DNA of 64,000 nt, taken from an uncultured SAR86 cluster bacterium. Lineage in GTDB: Bacteria; Pseudomonadota; Gammaproteobacteria; Magnimaribacterales; D2472. The notes under the pieces were generated by a model. That model searched no databases and was not told where the DNA came from. It worked only from the letters and a program-made list of their open reading frames with translations. Position 1 is the first letter of the stretch; each line of letters begins with the position of its first letter. Positions 46,487 through 56,196 of the stretch are shown piece by piece. The DNA is taken from contig CACOEZ010000002.1 in assembly GCA_902626385.1 (NCBI GenBank), positions 17,509 through 81,508 of the forward strand, written 5' to 3'. A program made the position numbers and the translations under genes.

Positions 46487-47177
46487 TATCGCCTAAATTA
46501 TTATTCAATATATGTCGCCTTTTAACATGGTCAATAAATTTTGAATTCCATGTTGTAAACGCCGCGCCTTTATCTTTCCAGTAAAGAATGAATTCGCTAA
46601 GGTATTTTAATGCAGAGTCTTTTGTTATCTCTGATAAATTTAGAATATCAAATACATCATCATCTGGATACCAATTTTCATCAATTACATGAGGAACAGT
46701 CTTATTTGAATTTATTTCTTTTGCCCATTCTCGCCTTATAAAGTCAATGAAGGTAGAATTCCAATTATTTTTTTGCTGACCTCTTTCAATCCAATATATT
46801 TTAAATTCTTTTAGCTTCAAAGAAATAAATTCTTCTGGCATTTTTGTCATCGCAATTACTTCATTAGTTTCTTTGGATGGCATCCAGTTATCAGATAATG
46901 AATTCGAGTCTGTATTTTTTGAAGCAGACCTTACAACAAAATTTTCTGTTTTATTAGTGTTATGCACGTTAATAAAATTATATTTAACGAGTTTATCTAT
47001 TGATGACTTTATCTTTGCAGCTGACAGATATTTAGCATTTTCTTTTATTGAAGAAAAAAGATCGTCATATGAATTATTATTTAGAATATTTTGATTAAAT
47101 AAATCAAGAATTATTGCGGATTCAAGCCCTAAAGTTTCAGCAACTTCCTTTGAAAAAGATATTTTTTTATCTCCCAA
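46386..47177 (-). CDS. DnaT-like ssDNA-binding domain protein (two tandem domains)
   Basis: Two repeats of W.P......EF..YW......WNS.FI..(I/V)(R/K)R. Confidence 0.7.
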   Translation of the reverse strand: MGDKKISFSKEVAETLGLESAIILDLFNQNILNNNSYDDLFSSIKENAKYLSAAKIKSSIDKLVKYNFINVHNTNKTENFVVRSASKNTDSNSLSDNWMPSKETNEVIAMTKMPEEFISLKLKEFKIYWIERGQQKNNWNSTFIDFIRREWAKEINSNKTVPHVIDENWYPDDDVFDILNLSEITKDSALKYLSEFILYWKDKGAAFTTWNSKFIDHVKRRHILNNNLGDNEEDKKYSEPGKYKQDFKTRKNDNTWAKEINLE

Positions 47178-48236
47178 CTATTTTTTACTCCTTCTTTTCT
47201 CAACTGCTAAATTTAGCTGATCAAGACAGCTAAGAGTGTCATCCCAACCCATGCAGGCATCAGTAATGCTTTGACCATACTTAAGTTTGTCGGATATCTT
47301 TTGATTTCCCTCGTTGAGATGGCTCTCTATCATCACACCTTTAATGTATGAATTTCCTGAAATGATCTGATCCGCAATTGATTGAACAACTGGTATTTGT
47401 TGTTTGAATTTTTTTTGGCTATTCCCATGACTTGCATCAATCATTATAGATTCATTTACTTCTGCTTCTCTTAGAGCTATGAGTGTGTTTTCAACAGATT
47501 CTTTATCATAGTTAGGTTCTTTGCCGCCTCTTAAAATTATGTGAGCATCATTATTTCCTGCAGTTTTTAACATAGCTATGTCAGCCTCTTTTGTTGCGCC
47601 AAGAAAAACATGAGAGTGATTGGCAGCTTGAATCCCATCAATTGCTGCCTTGAGACCGCCCGTTGTTCCATTCTTTATACCTATAGGACACGATAAACCT
47701 GAGGCAAGTTCTCTATGAATCTGACTTTCTGCAGTTCTCGCTCCAATAGCACCCCAAGAAATTATGTCAGTAACATATTGTGGAGAAATTGGATCGAGAA
47801 ATTCAGTTCCTGCTGGCAATCCTATACTTGCAATATCGATTAGCAATTTTCTTGCTATCTCAACTCCTTTGGCAATATCAAAGGTCTCATTTATGTCCGG
47901 ATCATTAATCAAACCTTTCCATCCAACAGTTGTCCTGGGTTTTTCAAAATAAACTCTCATTATTATTAACAGATTTTCATTAAATTTCTTATTTGCATCT
48001 GCAAGCCTTTCCGCATACTCTATTGCGCTTAAAGGATCGTGAATTGAACAAGGGCCAACAACAATAAATAATCTGTCATCTTTGCCATGAAGAATTTGGC
48101 TAATTTCATTTCTTGTGCCGTATACGAGCTTTGAAATTTCATCATTAATTGGAAATTTGTTCACAAGCTCATATGGAGCAGGTACTTTTCTGCGATCAAT
48201 TATTCTTGTATTGTCAGTGGAATAGTTCATTAGCAA
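47178..48236 (-). CDS. aroG: 3-deoxy-7-phosphoheptulonate (DAHP) synthase, class I alpha
   Basis: GPCSIHD, MRVYFEKPRTTVGWKG, IGARTAESQIHRE, SITDACMGW. Confidence 0.9.
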   Translation of the reverse strand: MLMNYSTDNTRIIDRRKVPAPYELVNKFPINDEISKLVYGTRNEISQILHGKDDRLFIVVGPCSIHDPLSAIEYAERLADANKKFNENLLIIMRVYFEKPRTTVGWKGLINDPDINETFDIAKGVEIARKLLIDIASIGLPAGTEFLDPISPQYVTDIISWGAIGARTAESQIHRELASGLSCPIGIKNGTTGGLKAAIDGIQAANHSHVFLGATKEADIAMLKTAGNNDAHIILRGGKEPNYDKESVENTLIALREAEVNESIMIDASHGNSQKKFKQQIPVVQSIADQIISGNSYIKGVMIESHLNEGNQKISDKLKYGQSITDACMGWDDTLSCLDQLNLAVEKRRSKK

Positions 48237-48402
48237 AAAAATCTGTATATATTAAAAATTGGTGCTCTATTATTAAATGAAAGTTATCTAAATAGAATGA
48301 TTTTCTCGAATTTTTATTTATTAATTTATTGCTATTAAATGCTGTATTTTAAGGAAAAACACAATATATTGTATTAAAATAGACAATTAATTACATTATG
48401 TA

Positions 48403-49203
48403 GTGTTTATAATGTTAAATAACAATATTAACCAATTAGAATTTCCTACTTACATGGGAGAGAAGTTTGAAAAGTTGCCCGATGACCTTTTCATACCTCC
48501 AAATGCATTGGAAATATGTCTAGAAACTTTTTCTGGGCCACTTGACCTTCTTCTTTATTTGATTCGGAAAGAAAATATAAACATTCTTGACCTTGATGTT
48601 TCAAATATTACTGATCAATACCTTGAATATATAGAAATGATGGACGCTTTGAAGTTTGAGCTTGCCGCTGACTATTTGGTTATGGCTGCTACATTGGCTG
48701 AAATTAAGTCCAGATTAATGTTGCCCAAGGATTCATTTGAGGAAGAAGAAGAAGATCCTAGAGCAGCTCTTATAAAAAGACTGCAAGAATATCAAAGGTT
48801 TAAAATTGTTTCTGAAAAAATAGCAGTGCTACCCTTGGTAGACAGAGATACTTTCATAGCGTCTGCAAAAAAACCTGAAATTAAGATAGATAATCATCAT
48901 GAAATTAATATATCTTCTGAGGAACTTTACGACACCATAAGAGAAGTTTTGTCCCGACCGAACTACAAAACAAATCATTTAATTGATTTTGAGGAACTTT
49001 CTACTCAAGAAAGAATACAAATCTTGCTAAATTTTCTAGATAAACAAAACATAATTACGTTTTCAAAGACTCTTAAGAAAAATGAAGGAAAAAAAGGAGT
49101 GGTTGTTACACTTTTAGCATCCCTAGAGCTTGCTAAAGATGGCTACTTAGAGCTAATACAGAATAAAAGTGATGAACTTTTCTTGAAATCAAAACAGGTA
49201 TAA
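48403..49203 (+). CDS. scpA: Segregation and condensation protein A
   Basis: FSGPLDLLLYLI, AADYLVMAATLAEIKSR, LASLEL. Confidence 0.93.
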   Translation: MFIMLNNNINQLEFPTYMGEKFEKLPDDLFIPPNALEICLETFSGPLDLLLYLIRKENINILDLDVSNITDQYLEYIEMMDALKFELAADYLVMAATLAEIKSRLMLPKDSFEEEEEDPRAALIKRLQEYQRFKIVSEKIAVLPLVDRDTFIASAKKPEIKIDNHHEINISSEELYDTIREVLSRPNYKTNHLIDFEELSTQERIQILLNFLDKQNIITFSKTLKKNEGKKGVVVTLLASLELAKDGYLELIQNKSDELFLKSKQV

Positions 49204-49205
49204 TT

Positions 49206-49763
49206 TTGGATATAAAAATTACAAATATCGTCGAAGCAATTTTATTAGGGGCTGGTAGACCTATTAGAATTTCTGAGATGAGAAGTATCTTAGAAAATGA
49301 TGGTATTTCAGTTGAGCTTTCAGATATCAAAAAATCTCTCAATATTCTTGAGGAAAGATATGCTGATACATCGTTGGAAATCATCGATGTTGCATCAGGT
49401 TACAGAATTCAAATTAAAAATGAGCATAGTGCCTCGCTTAGCCATCTTTGGAATGAGAAAACACCAAGGATATCAAAAGCTTTAATGGAAACAATCTCAA
49501 TTATTGCCTATAAACAACCAGTAACAAGAGGAGATATTGAAGACATAAGAGGAGTCACTGTAAGCACAAAAACAATCAGAGACCTTCTGGAAAGAAATTG
49601 GATAAAGTTGTCTGGTTATAGAGAAGTGCCGGGAAGGCCTGCGCTTTATGTAACAACAAAAGATTTCCTTAATGATTTGAGTCTTAAAAACATCTCAGAA
49701 TTACCAGATTTACCTGAATCTATTGATAATAAAGATATTGATCTCCTCTCTAAAGCGGTTTAG
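49206..49763 (+). CDS. scpB: Segregation and condensation protein B
   Basis: ETISIIAYKQPVTRGDIEDIRGV, PGRPALY.TT. Confidence 0.93.
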   Translation: MDIKITNIVEAILLGAGRPIRISEMRSILENDGISVELSDIKKSLNILEERYADTSLEIIDVASGYRIQIKNEHSASLSHLWNEKTPRISKALMETISIIAYKQPVTRGDIEDIRGVTVSTKTIRDLLERNWIKLSGYREVPGRPALYVTTKDFLNDLSLKNISELPDLPESIDNKDIDLLSKAV

Positions 49764-49766
49764 TTT

Positions 49767-50492
49767 ATGCCACAAAGACTGCAAAAATATCTTGCAAAAG
49801 CAGGTGTTGGTTCAAGAAGATACTGCGAAGAACTAATAAAATCAGAAAAAATTTTTGTAAATAAAAAGATTGCAGTTATTGGTACAAGCGTTGAAGCTGG
49901 TGACATAGTAGAGTTTGATGGGAAAATAATTAATTATCATCAAGAATCTCTAAAAGTAATAATGCTCAACAAACCAGAGGGCGTGCTCTCTTCATCAAAA
50001 AAAGAAAAAAATCTACCAATAATCTTTGATTATTTACCAAAAATAGAAAATATAAAAAGGTGGATTGCTATAGGAAGACTTGATGTAAATACCTCTGGCT
50101 TGATGCTTTTTACTAATGATGGAGACTTTGCAAATTTCTGCATGCATCCCTCGTCACAATTTGACAGAGAATATTTAGTGAGAGCAAGAGGATTATTTTC
50201 TGCAGAAAAAAAGAAATCTCTTTTAAATGGTATATCGATTAATGGCGAATCCTTCTCATTTACTGATTTAGTTGAAGGTCAGAAAATTGGAACAAATCAG
50301 TGGTTTTCAGTTTGTTTAACAAGCGGCAAAAACAGAGAAGTAAGAAAACTTTTTGAGTCAGTTGAAATGGAAGTTAGTAGATTAAAAAGAACAAGATTCG
50401 GGCCTATATTTTTACCATCGACTTTAAGAAAGGGTAAGTGTATTGAATTAGGAGATGATGAAATTAAATTACTAAGAGAATATGGAACATAA
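49767..50492 (+). CDS. rluB: 23S rRNA pseudouridine synthase RluB
   Basis: S4 domain RLQKYLA.AG.SRR, GRLDVNTSGL, GKNREVR; scpAB synteny. Confidence 0.85.
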   Translation: MPQRLQKYLAKAGVGSRRYCEELIKSEKIFVNKKIAVIGTSVEAGDIVEFDGKIINYHQESLKVIMLNKPEGVLSSSKKEKNLPIIFDYLPKIENIKRWIAIGRLDVNTSGLMLFTNDGDFANFCMHPSSQFDREYLVRARGLFSAEKKKSLLNGISINGESFSFTDLVEGQKIGTNQWFSVCLTSGKNREVRKLFESVEMEVSRLKRTRFGPIFLPSTLRKGKCIELGDDEIKLLREYGT

Positions 50493-51093
50493 GGAAGCAT
50501 ATAAATTTTTAGAAAAAAAAACTAAAGATTTAGGTCTTGAAAATCTTTCTGCTCATATAAAAAAAGTTGGACCATTAAAAATAACACAGTCGCGTATGGC
50601 TTTCATTCCTCATCTTGTAAAAATAATTGTTGGTCAACAGCTCTCTGTCCAATCAGCAGCAGCTATTTGGAAGAGAACAGAGTTTATTTTGAAGAATAAT
50701 AAGTATAAAAAACCTAACAATAATTTAAATTTAAAATTTAAAAATGCTGGTTTATCTCGACAGAAAATTGAATATATAAATGGGATAATATACAACCAAG
50801 ATCTCAAAAAGTTTTCAAAAACAAAGCTAAAAAGGCTATCAGCTAGTGATTATTATGAGATGTTGATTCAAATCAAAGGAATTGGACCATGGTCAATTGA
50901 AATGTCCAGGATTTTTTTTGTTGGCGATCCTGATGTATTCTCAATTCTAGATTTAGGCCTGAAAAACGCGCACTTAAAATTATTCAAAATTGATGCATAT
51001 AATACCGATTTTTATAGGCAATTTAGTCCATATAGAAGTTATATGTGCTTGTATCTATGGAGAGTTCTAGAAGACGAGAATGTCACTATTTAG
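50482..51093 (+). CDS. DNA-3-methyladenine glycosylase II (AlkA family)
   Basis: IVGQQLS, HhH IKGIGPWS, DLG, PYRS....YLW. Confidence 0.85.
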   Translation: MEHKEAYKFLEKKTKDLGLENLSAHIKKVGPLKITQSRMAFIPHLVKIIVGQQLSVQSAAAIWKRTEFILKNNKYKKPNNNLNLKFKNAGLSRQKIEYINGIIYNQDLKKFSKTKLKRLSASDYYEMLIQIKGIGPWSIEMSRIFFVGDPDVFSILDLGLKNAHLKLFKIDAYNTDFYRQFSPYRSYMCLYLWRVLEDENVTI

Positions 51094-51094
51094 A

Positions 51095-51844
51095 TTAAAT
51101 TTTATCACCATAATTTAGATTTATTTTGTCAAAATCTTTGCTTTTATCTGACAACATCCAAATATAATATGGTATCAAATCCATAGCTTCTTTGAGCTGA
51201 TTTGGATCCTCTGCAGGAAATGCCATTGCCCTCATATCTGTCCTTGTTGCCATTGGATTAAAGTTGAATACTTTAAAATTTTTTTTATGCTCAAGCTCGT
51301 CGCTTAATATTTCAGAGAGCACCTTCATACCGGCCTTTGAAGCAGAATAGGCACCCCAGAAAGCTTTACCTTTAAAAGCAACACTTGATGATGTAAAAAT
51401 TATTCGTGGATTTTTGGCATTCTCCATATTTGGAAGTAAGAACTTTGTAAGTAAAAAAGAACTCGTTAAATTTACTTTCATGACTTTTTCCCAACTTACA
51501 AGATCATATTCTTCAATGTTTGACATTTTTTCTATAATAGCTGCATTATGAATGATGCAGTCAAGATCAATGTAGTTATCTGAGATTATATTGGAGATTT
51601 CTTGAGATCTTGGCTCATCTAAAAGATTTAAATCACAGCCTATTATGTATGGATCAGTTTCTGTTTTATAAGAAATTTTGTCATAAACATTTTCAAGCAG
51701 AGATTCATTCTTAGACAACAGAATAATATTTGCACCAAGTTTGCTAAGCTCAATAGAAAGAGTTCGGCCAATGCCCCTAGATGCGCCTGTAATTAATATA
51801 TTTTTCCCACTTATTGATAGGTTTGCTTCTTTCAAATTTTTCAT
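51095..51844 (-). CDS. yciK: YciK-family SDR oxidoreductase
   Basis: TGASRGIG, WGAYSASK, TRTDMRAMAFPAED; ubiG-gph-yciK synteny. Confidence 0.82.
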   Translation of the reverse strand: MKNLKEANLSISGKNILITGASRGIGRTLSIELSKLGANIILLSKNESLLENVYDKISYKTETDPYIIGCDLNLLDEPRSQEISNIISDNYIDLDCIIHNAAIIEKMSNIEEYDLVSWEKVMKVNLTSSFLLTKFLLPNMENAKNPRIIFTSSSVAFKGKAFWGAYSASKAGMKVLSEILSDELEHKKNFKVFNFNPMATRTDMRAMAFPAEDPNQLKEAMDLIPYYIWMLSDKSKDFDKINLNYGDKI

Positions 51845-52494
51845 TATTTAATATTTTTTATTATCTCTATGGGCGAACTTACATTTATAGCTGAATCATT
51901 TTCATTTAATGAATAGCCGTAAAGACAGCCAATAAAATTGGTACCGGCCGAAACTCCAGCTTTTAAATCATTTTTATGGTCTCCCAGATAAATAGTATTC
52001 TTAGGTAATACATTAAGTTTCTTACAAGCCATTAATATTCCTTCAGGATCTGGCTTAGATTTTGAAACATCATCCGGACATATCAAAATTTGAGAATTTT
52101 GAAATAGATCGAAACTATTAATTAAAGGTTCAGCAAAATTATGAGGTTTATTTGTCACTATTCCATAAGGTATATCATTAGAAAAAAGAAATTCAAGAAC
52201 ATCTGATATGCCATCAAAAGGTTTCGAAAGATAAGTCAGATTAGCTCTATATTCCTCTAGAAATTCAGTTTTAATTTTTAAAAAATCTGAATCACTTTCA
52301 TCTATTTTAAAAGCAAATTTTATTAGCTCTGAAGAGCCCTCAGATACATAAGTTCTTAATGTTTCTAATTCAATTTGATCATATCCTTTATTTTTTAAAA
52401 TTTTATTTAGAGAACTGTGAAAATCTGGTGCTGTATCAATTAAAGTTCCATCAAGATCGAATAAAACTAATTCAGTATTATAATTTTTTTGCAT
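51844..52494 (-). CDS. HAD phosphatase (phosphoglycolate phosphatase/MupP-like)
   Basis: FDLDGTLIDT, TNKP, KPDP, GD...D. Confidence 0.85.
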   Translation of the reverse strand: MQKNYNTELVLFDLDGTLIDTAPDFHSSLNKILKNKGYDQIELETLRTYVSEGSSELIKFAFKIDESDSDFLKIKTEFLEEYRANLTYLSKPFDGISDVLEFLFSNDIPYGIVTNKPHNFAEPLINSFDLFQNSQILICPDDVSKSKPDPEGILMACKKLNVLPKNTIYLGDHKNDLKAGVSAGTNFIGCLYGYSLNENDSAINVSSPIEIIKNIK

Positions 52495-53173
52495 ACATCA
52501 TATAGTTGACACCAAGATCATTATTCAAGTTGGCATTATGTGTCAAAGGGTTATAGAACATTCCTTTTGTTTCTATTAATTTTGCATTTGCATCTCTAAC
52601 AAAGGACGCCAATTCAGAAGGCTTAATAAATTTTTCAAATTCATGAGTTCCTTTTGGTAAAAGTCTAAAAATATATTCGGCACCAACAATTGCTGTTATC
52701 CATGATCTTGGATTTCTGTTTATTGTTGATAAAAAAAGATGTCCATTTGGCTTTAAGAGTTTCACACAAGTATTTACAAGTGAGCAGGGATCAGGAACAT
52801 GCTCAAGTACTTCCAAGCAAGTTACTATATCAAAAGATTCAGATTCATCTTCAAGAAGATCCTCAGCAGTTTTCTCAAAATATGAAATTTCTTTACTACC
52901 ATTATCAGCATGAATTTTAGCAACCTCAATTCCAGGACCAGCAGCATCAATGCCGGTCACATTTGCACCAAAATCAAATAGCGCTTCAGACAAAAGACCG
53001 CCTCCACATCCAACATCTAAAATTCTTTTATTTTCAATGCTTACTTTTTCTTTAATATAATCTGCCCTTAGCGGATTAATGACATGAAGAGGCTTAAAAT
53101 CTCCATCTTTGTCCCACCATTGTTCCGCAAGATCTGCAAACTTATTTATTTCTTGATGATCAACATTGCTCAT
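52478..53173 (-). CDS. ubiG: Ubiquinone biosynthesis O-methyltransferase
   Basis: NVD..EI.KF, WWD..G.FKPLH.INPLR, LDVGCGGG, LPKGTH. Confidence 0.95.
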   Translation of the reverse strand: MSNVDHQEINKFADLAEQWWDKDGDFKPLHVINPLRADYIKEKVSIENKRILDVGCGGGLLSEALFDFGANVTGIDAAGPGIEVAKIHADNGSKEISYFEKTAEDLLEDESESFDIVTCLEVLEHVPDPCSLVNTCVKLLKPNGHLFLSTINRNPRSWITAIVGAEYIFRLLPKGTHEFEKFIKPSELASFVRDANAKLIETKGMFYNPLTHNANLNNDLGVNYMMYAKKL

Positions 53174-53226
53174 ATGTATATCTTAACCCGCACGTATTTA
53201 ATAAAAAATATAAAAAAAACTGTTTT

Positions 53227-53243
53227 ATGTAGTAAAACTACAT
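53227..53243. promoter_or_regulatory. Palindrome ATGTAGT-AAA-ACTACAT, HexR/RccR-type operator upstream of pntA
   Basis: Perfect 7-bp arms; additional half-site CACTACAT at 53320-53327. Confidence 0.65.
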
Positions 53244-53350
53244 CTCAAATCATACAAAATAGTTTTTAAATGTACTTAATTCTATTTAGTTGACTTTATG
53301 AAACTGTTAAGATTAACTTCACTACATAATTAATACAACAAAAATTTAAA

Positions 53351-54460
53351 TTGAAAATAGCGGCCTTAAAATCAGAAGATAAAAGATCACCTATTCATTC
53401 CGATACTATAAAGTCATTGATTGATTTAGGTGTTGAAATCCATTTCGAGGAAGGTATAGGCAGCGGCATTAATTTGAATGACTCTGTTTTTGAAGAACTG
53501 GGACTATTAAAAAAAAGTAGAGATGACTGTTTAAAAAATGGCGATCTTATAATAACTAATCAGTCGCTTTCTAGCTCAGAACTCGAAATCACAAAAAAGA
53601 ATTCAACTGTTTTAGGTATGGTAAATCCATTTTCTAATCAAGATTTTATTAAAGAGTGTGCTAAAAAAAACATCAATCTTGTGAGTATGGAATTTATTCC
53701 TAGGATAACTCGTGCACAAAAAATGGATGTTTTAAGTTCGCAGGCTAATCTGGCAGGCTATGTCGCAGTGATCGAATCTGCAAAACATCTGTCTACCGCT
53801 TTGCCAATGATGATGACAGCCGCTGGTACATTAAAGCCTGCAAAAGTTTTTGTGATTGGCGTTGGAGTTGCGGGTTTACAAGCTATCGCAACCGCAAAAA
53901 GATTAGGAGCTCGTGTAGAGGCTTTTGATACGAGAGATGTTGTAGAGGAGCAAGTTCAATCTCTAGGAGCAAAATTTGTAAAAATTGATCTTGGCGAAAC
54001 TGGTGAGACTGATCAAGGATATGCCAAAGAGTTAACTCCAGAGCAAATTCAAATGCAAAAAGAACTTCAATCCAAAGTCTGTGAGAGATCTGATATCGTT
54101 ATTACTACAGCTCAATTATTTGGCAGACCAGCACCACGTTTAATTGATAATAAAACAATTGATGTTATGAAACCTGGTAGCGTCATTTTCGATATGGCAG
54201 TTGAATCAGGAGGCAATGTTGAAGGTTCAAAAGCAGACGAAATAGTTGTTAGAAATGGAGTTAAAATAGTTGGTATTTCTAATTTAGCATCAAGGGTTTC
54301 TAGTCACGCATCGCTTGCACTTTCAAATAATTACAATAATTGGGTGTGTGATTTTTTTGATAAAGAAAAAGCAGAAATAAATTTTGATTTTGAAGATGAA
54401 ATTATTAGAAGTAGCGTAATTGTTTATGGCGGCGAAATAAAAAATGAGAGGTTTAAGTAA
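53351..54460 (+). CDS. pntAA: NAD(P) transhydrogenase alpha subunit part 1
   Basis: PRITRAQKMDVLSSQAN, GVGVAGLQA, DMAVESGGN. Confidence 0.93.
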   Translation: MKIAALKSEDKRSPIHSDTIKSLIDLGVEIHFEEGIGSGINLNDSVFEELGLLKKSRDDCLKNGDLIITNQSLSSSELEITKKNSTVLGMVNPFSNQDFIKECAKKNINLVSMEFIPRITRAQKMDVLSSQANLAGYVAVIESAKHLSTALPMMMTAAGTLKPAKVFVIGVGVAGLQAIATAKRLGARVEAFDTRDVVEEQVQSLGAKFVKIDLGETGETDQGYAKELTPEQIQMQKELQSKVCERSDIVITTAQLFGRPAPRLIDNKTIDVMKPGSVIFDMAVESGGNVEGSKADEIVVRNGVKIVGISNLASRVSSHASLALSNNYNNWVCDFFDKEKAEINFDFEDEIIRSSVIVYGGEIKNERFK

Positions 54461-54732
54461 TGGAAGTATACGTTTTACTGGGATTTGTTTTGATACTTTC
54501 AATTTACCTTGGTCTTGAGCTAATTTCTAAAGTTCCAAGCACACTCCATACTCCACTTATGTCCGGTGCCAATGCTATTTCAGGAATAGCTTTAGTTGGA
54601 GCACTTGTATTGAGTTCAGATACACAACTTCAAGAAATTTTAGCCTTATTAGCTATTACATTTGCATCAATAAATGTTTTTGGAGGATACCTAGTAACAA
54701 ATAGAATGTTAAAAATGTTTAAAAAGAAATAA
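54460..54732 (+). CDS. pntAB: NAD(P) transhydrogenase alpha subunit part 2
   Basis: LHTPLMSGANAISG, INVFGGY.VT.RML.MF. Confidence 0.93.
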   Translation: MEVYVLLGFVLILSIYLGLELISKVPSTLHTPLMSGANAISGIALVGALVLSSDTQLQEILALLAITFASINVFGGYLVTNRMLKMFKKK

Positions 54733-54734
54733 TC

Positions 54735-56114
54735 ATGGATATTATTAACAACATAACAGCCTTTCAAAATGTTGTTTACATTTTCTCTTCTATTCTTTTT
54801 ATATCAGGTATCAAAATGCTTGGAAAAGAGGATACAGCTGTTAAAGGTAACTTTCTATCAGCATTAGCAATGTTTATTGCTGTTTCGGTAACAATTATAA
54901 ATGTTGTAAATCCATTAATTGTGCTAATTGGAATATTAATAGGCGCTTCAATAGGATCATTAATTGCATTAAGAGTAAAGATGACGTCAATACCTGAGAT
55001 GGTCGCACTCTTTAATGGTTTTGGAGGATTAGCAACATTTTTTATCGCTTGGTCAGAATTTAATGCAACTCCTGATAATGTTTTTCAATATGTTGTCATA
55101 ATGCTTACTACATATATTGGCGGTGTTACTTTCTCAGGAAGCATAATAGCCTATGGAAAGTTATCTGAAAAACTGAAGATCGAAAAAAACTCTATCATTA
55201 CAAAACTATTTACAACTCTTTTTTACCTATCAATCTTATTCTTAATCTATTCGATTGGGTTTACTCAGTTAATTGTTCTGCCAACAGATTTCTTTACTAT
55301 TCTTCTAATACTTACTTTGCTTGGTGGAATCGGGTTCGTATTACCAATTGGTGGTGGAGATATGCCAGTTGTCATATCTTTGCTCAACTCGTTCTCTGGC
55401 ATAGCAGCAGCTTTTGCAGGACTATTGCTCTTAAACAATGTTCTTATAGTAGCAGGATCGCTGGTTGGCGCCAGTGGATTGATCTTAACAATTATTATGG
55501 CCAAGGCAATGAATCGATCAATTGGTAATATTTTGTTTGTAGGATATGCTTCGTCATCATCAAGCTCCAGTTCGCAAGAAACAGGAGAAGTAAAACCAAT
55601 AAATGTTTCTGATGCCTATTTGATTTTAGAAAATGCAAGTTCTGTATTAGTTATTCCTGGTTATGGCATGGCTGTTGCTCAAGCTCAGCACGTTGTAAGA
55701 GAGCTAGGTGAGCTTCTCGAGGAGAATGGAACAGAAGTAAAGTATGGAATTCATCCTGTTGCAGGACGTATGCCAGGTCATATGAATGTTTTACTGGCCG
55801 AGGCCAATGTTCCTTATGATGTTTTAGTTGAGCCAGATGATGTAAATCCATCAATGGATACAGTTGATGTTGCAATTGTGATAGGTGCAAATGATGTTGT
55901 TAATCCCTCTGCTACTGAGGAGCCTGGAAGTCCTATTTATGGAATGCCAATTATTGAAGTTCATAATGCAAGAACAGTTTTTGTACTAAAAAGATCAATG
56001 TCTGCAGGTTTTGCTGGCGTGCAAAACCCACTTTTTTTCAAGCAAAACACTAGAATGCTTTTTGGAGATGCAAAAGAGTCAATTGGCGGCTTAGTATCAG
56101 AATTTAAAGAGTAA
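54735..56114 (+). CDS. pntB: NAD(P) transhydrogenase beta subunit
   Basis: IGGGDMPVVISLLNS, GYGMAVAQAQ, HPVAGRMPGHMNVLLAE. Confidence 0.95.
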   Translation: MDIINNITAFQNVVYIFSSILFISGIKMLGKEDTAVKGNFLSALAMFIAVSVTIINVVNPLIVLIGILIGASIGSLIALRVKMTSIPEMVALFNGFGGLATFFIAWSEFNATPDNVFQYVVIMLTTYIGGVTFSGSIIAYGKLSEKLKIEKNSIITKLFTTLFYLSILFLIYSIGFTQLIVLPTDFFTILLILTLLGGIGFVLPIGGGDMPVVISLLNSFSGIAAAFAGLLLLNNVLIVAGSLVGASGLILTIIMAKAMNRSIGNILFVGYASSSSSSSSQETGEVKPINVSDAYLILENASSVLVIPGYGMAVAQAQHVVRELGELLEENGTEVKYGIHPVAGRMPGHMNVLLAEANVPYDVLVEPDDVNPSMDTVDVAIVIGANDVVNPSATEEPGSPIYGMPIIEVHNARTVFVLKRSMSAGFAGVQNPLFFKQNTRMLFGDAKESIGGLVSEFKE

Positions 56115-56196
56115 ATCTGTCCTTAAATATGTTAAAATATCACCTTAATTAAGGAAGATATTTCATACATAATTCATATTAAAAAATAGGGCTAAA

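Noticed and set aside
45842-47177. Prophage interpretation of the DnaT-like/P-like genes
   Set aside because: No integrase catalytic domain, structural genes or att-like repeats nearby; the genes are embedded among co-oriented host genes.
48237-48402. AT-rich intergenic region with a lone ATGTAGTG half-site; considered as an sRNA, origin or RccR site
   Set aside because: No partner half-site, no DnaA-box cluster and no stable hairpin seen; consistent with divergent promoters.
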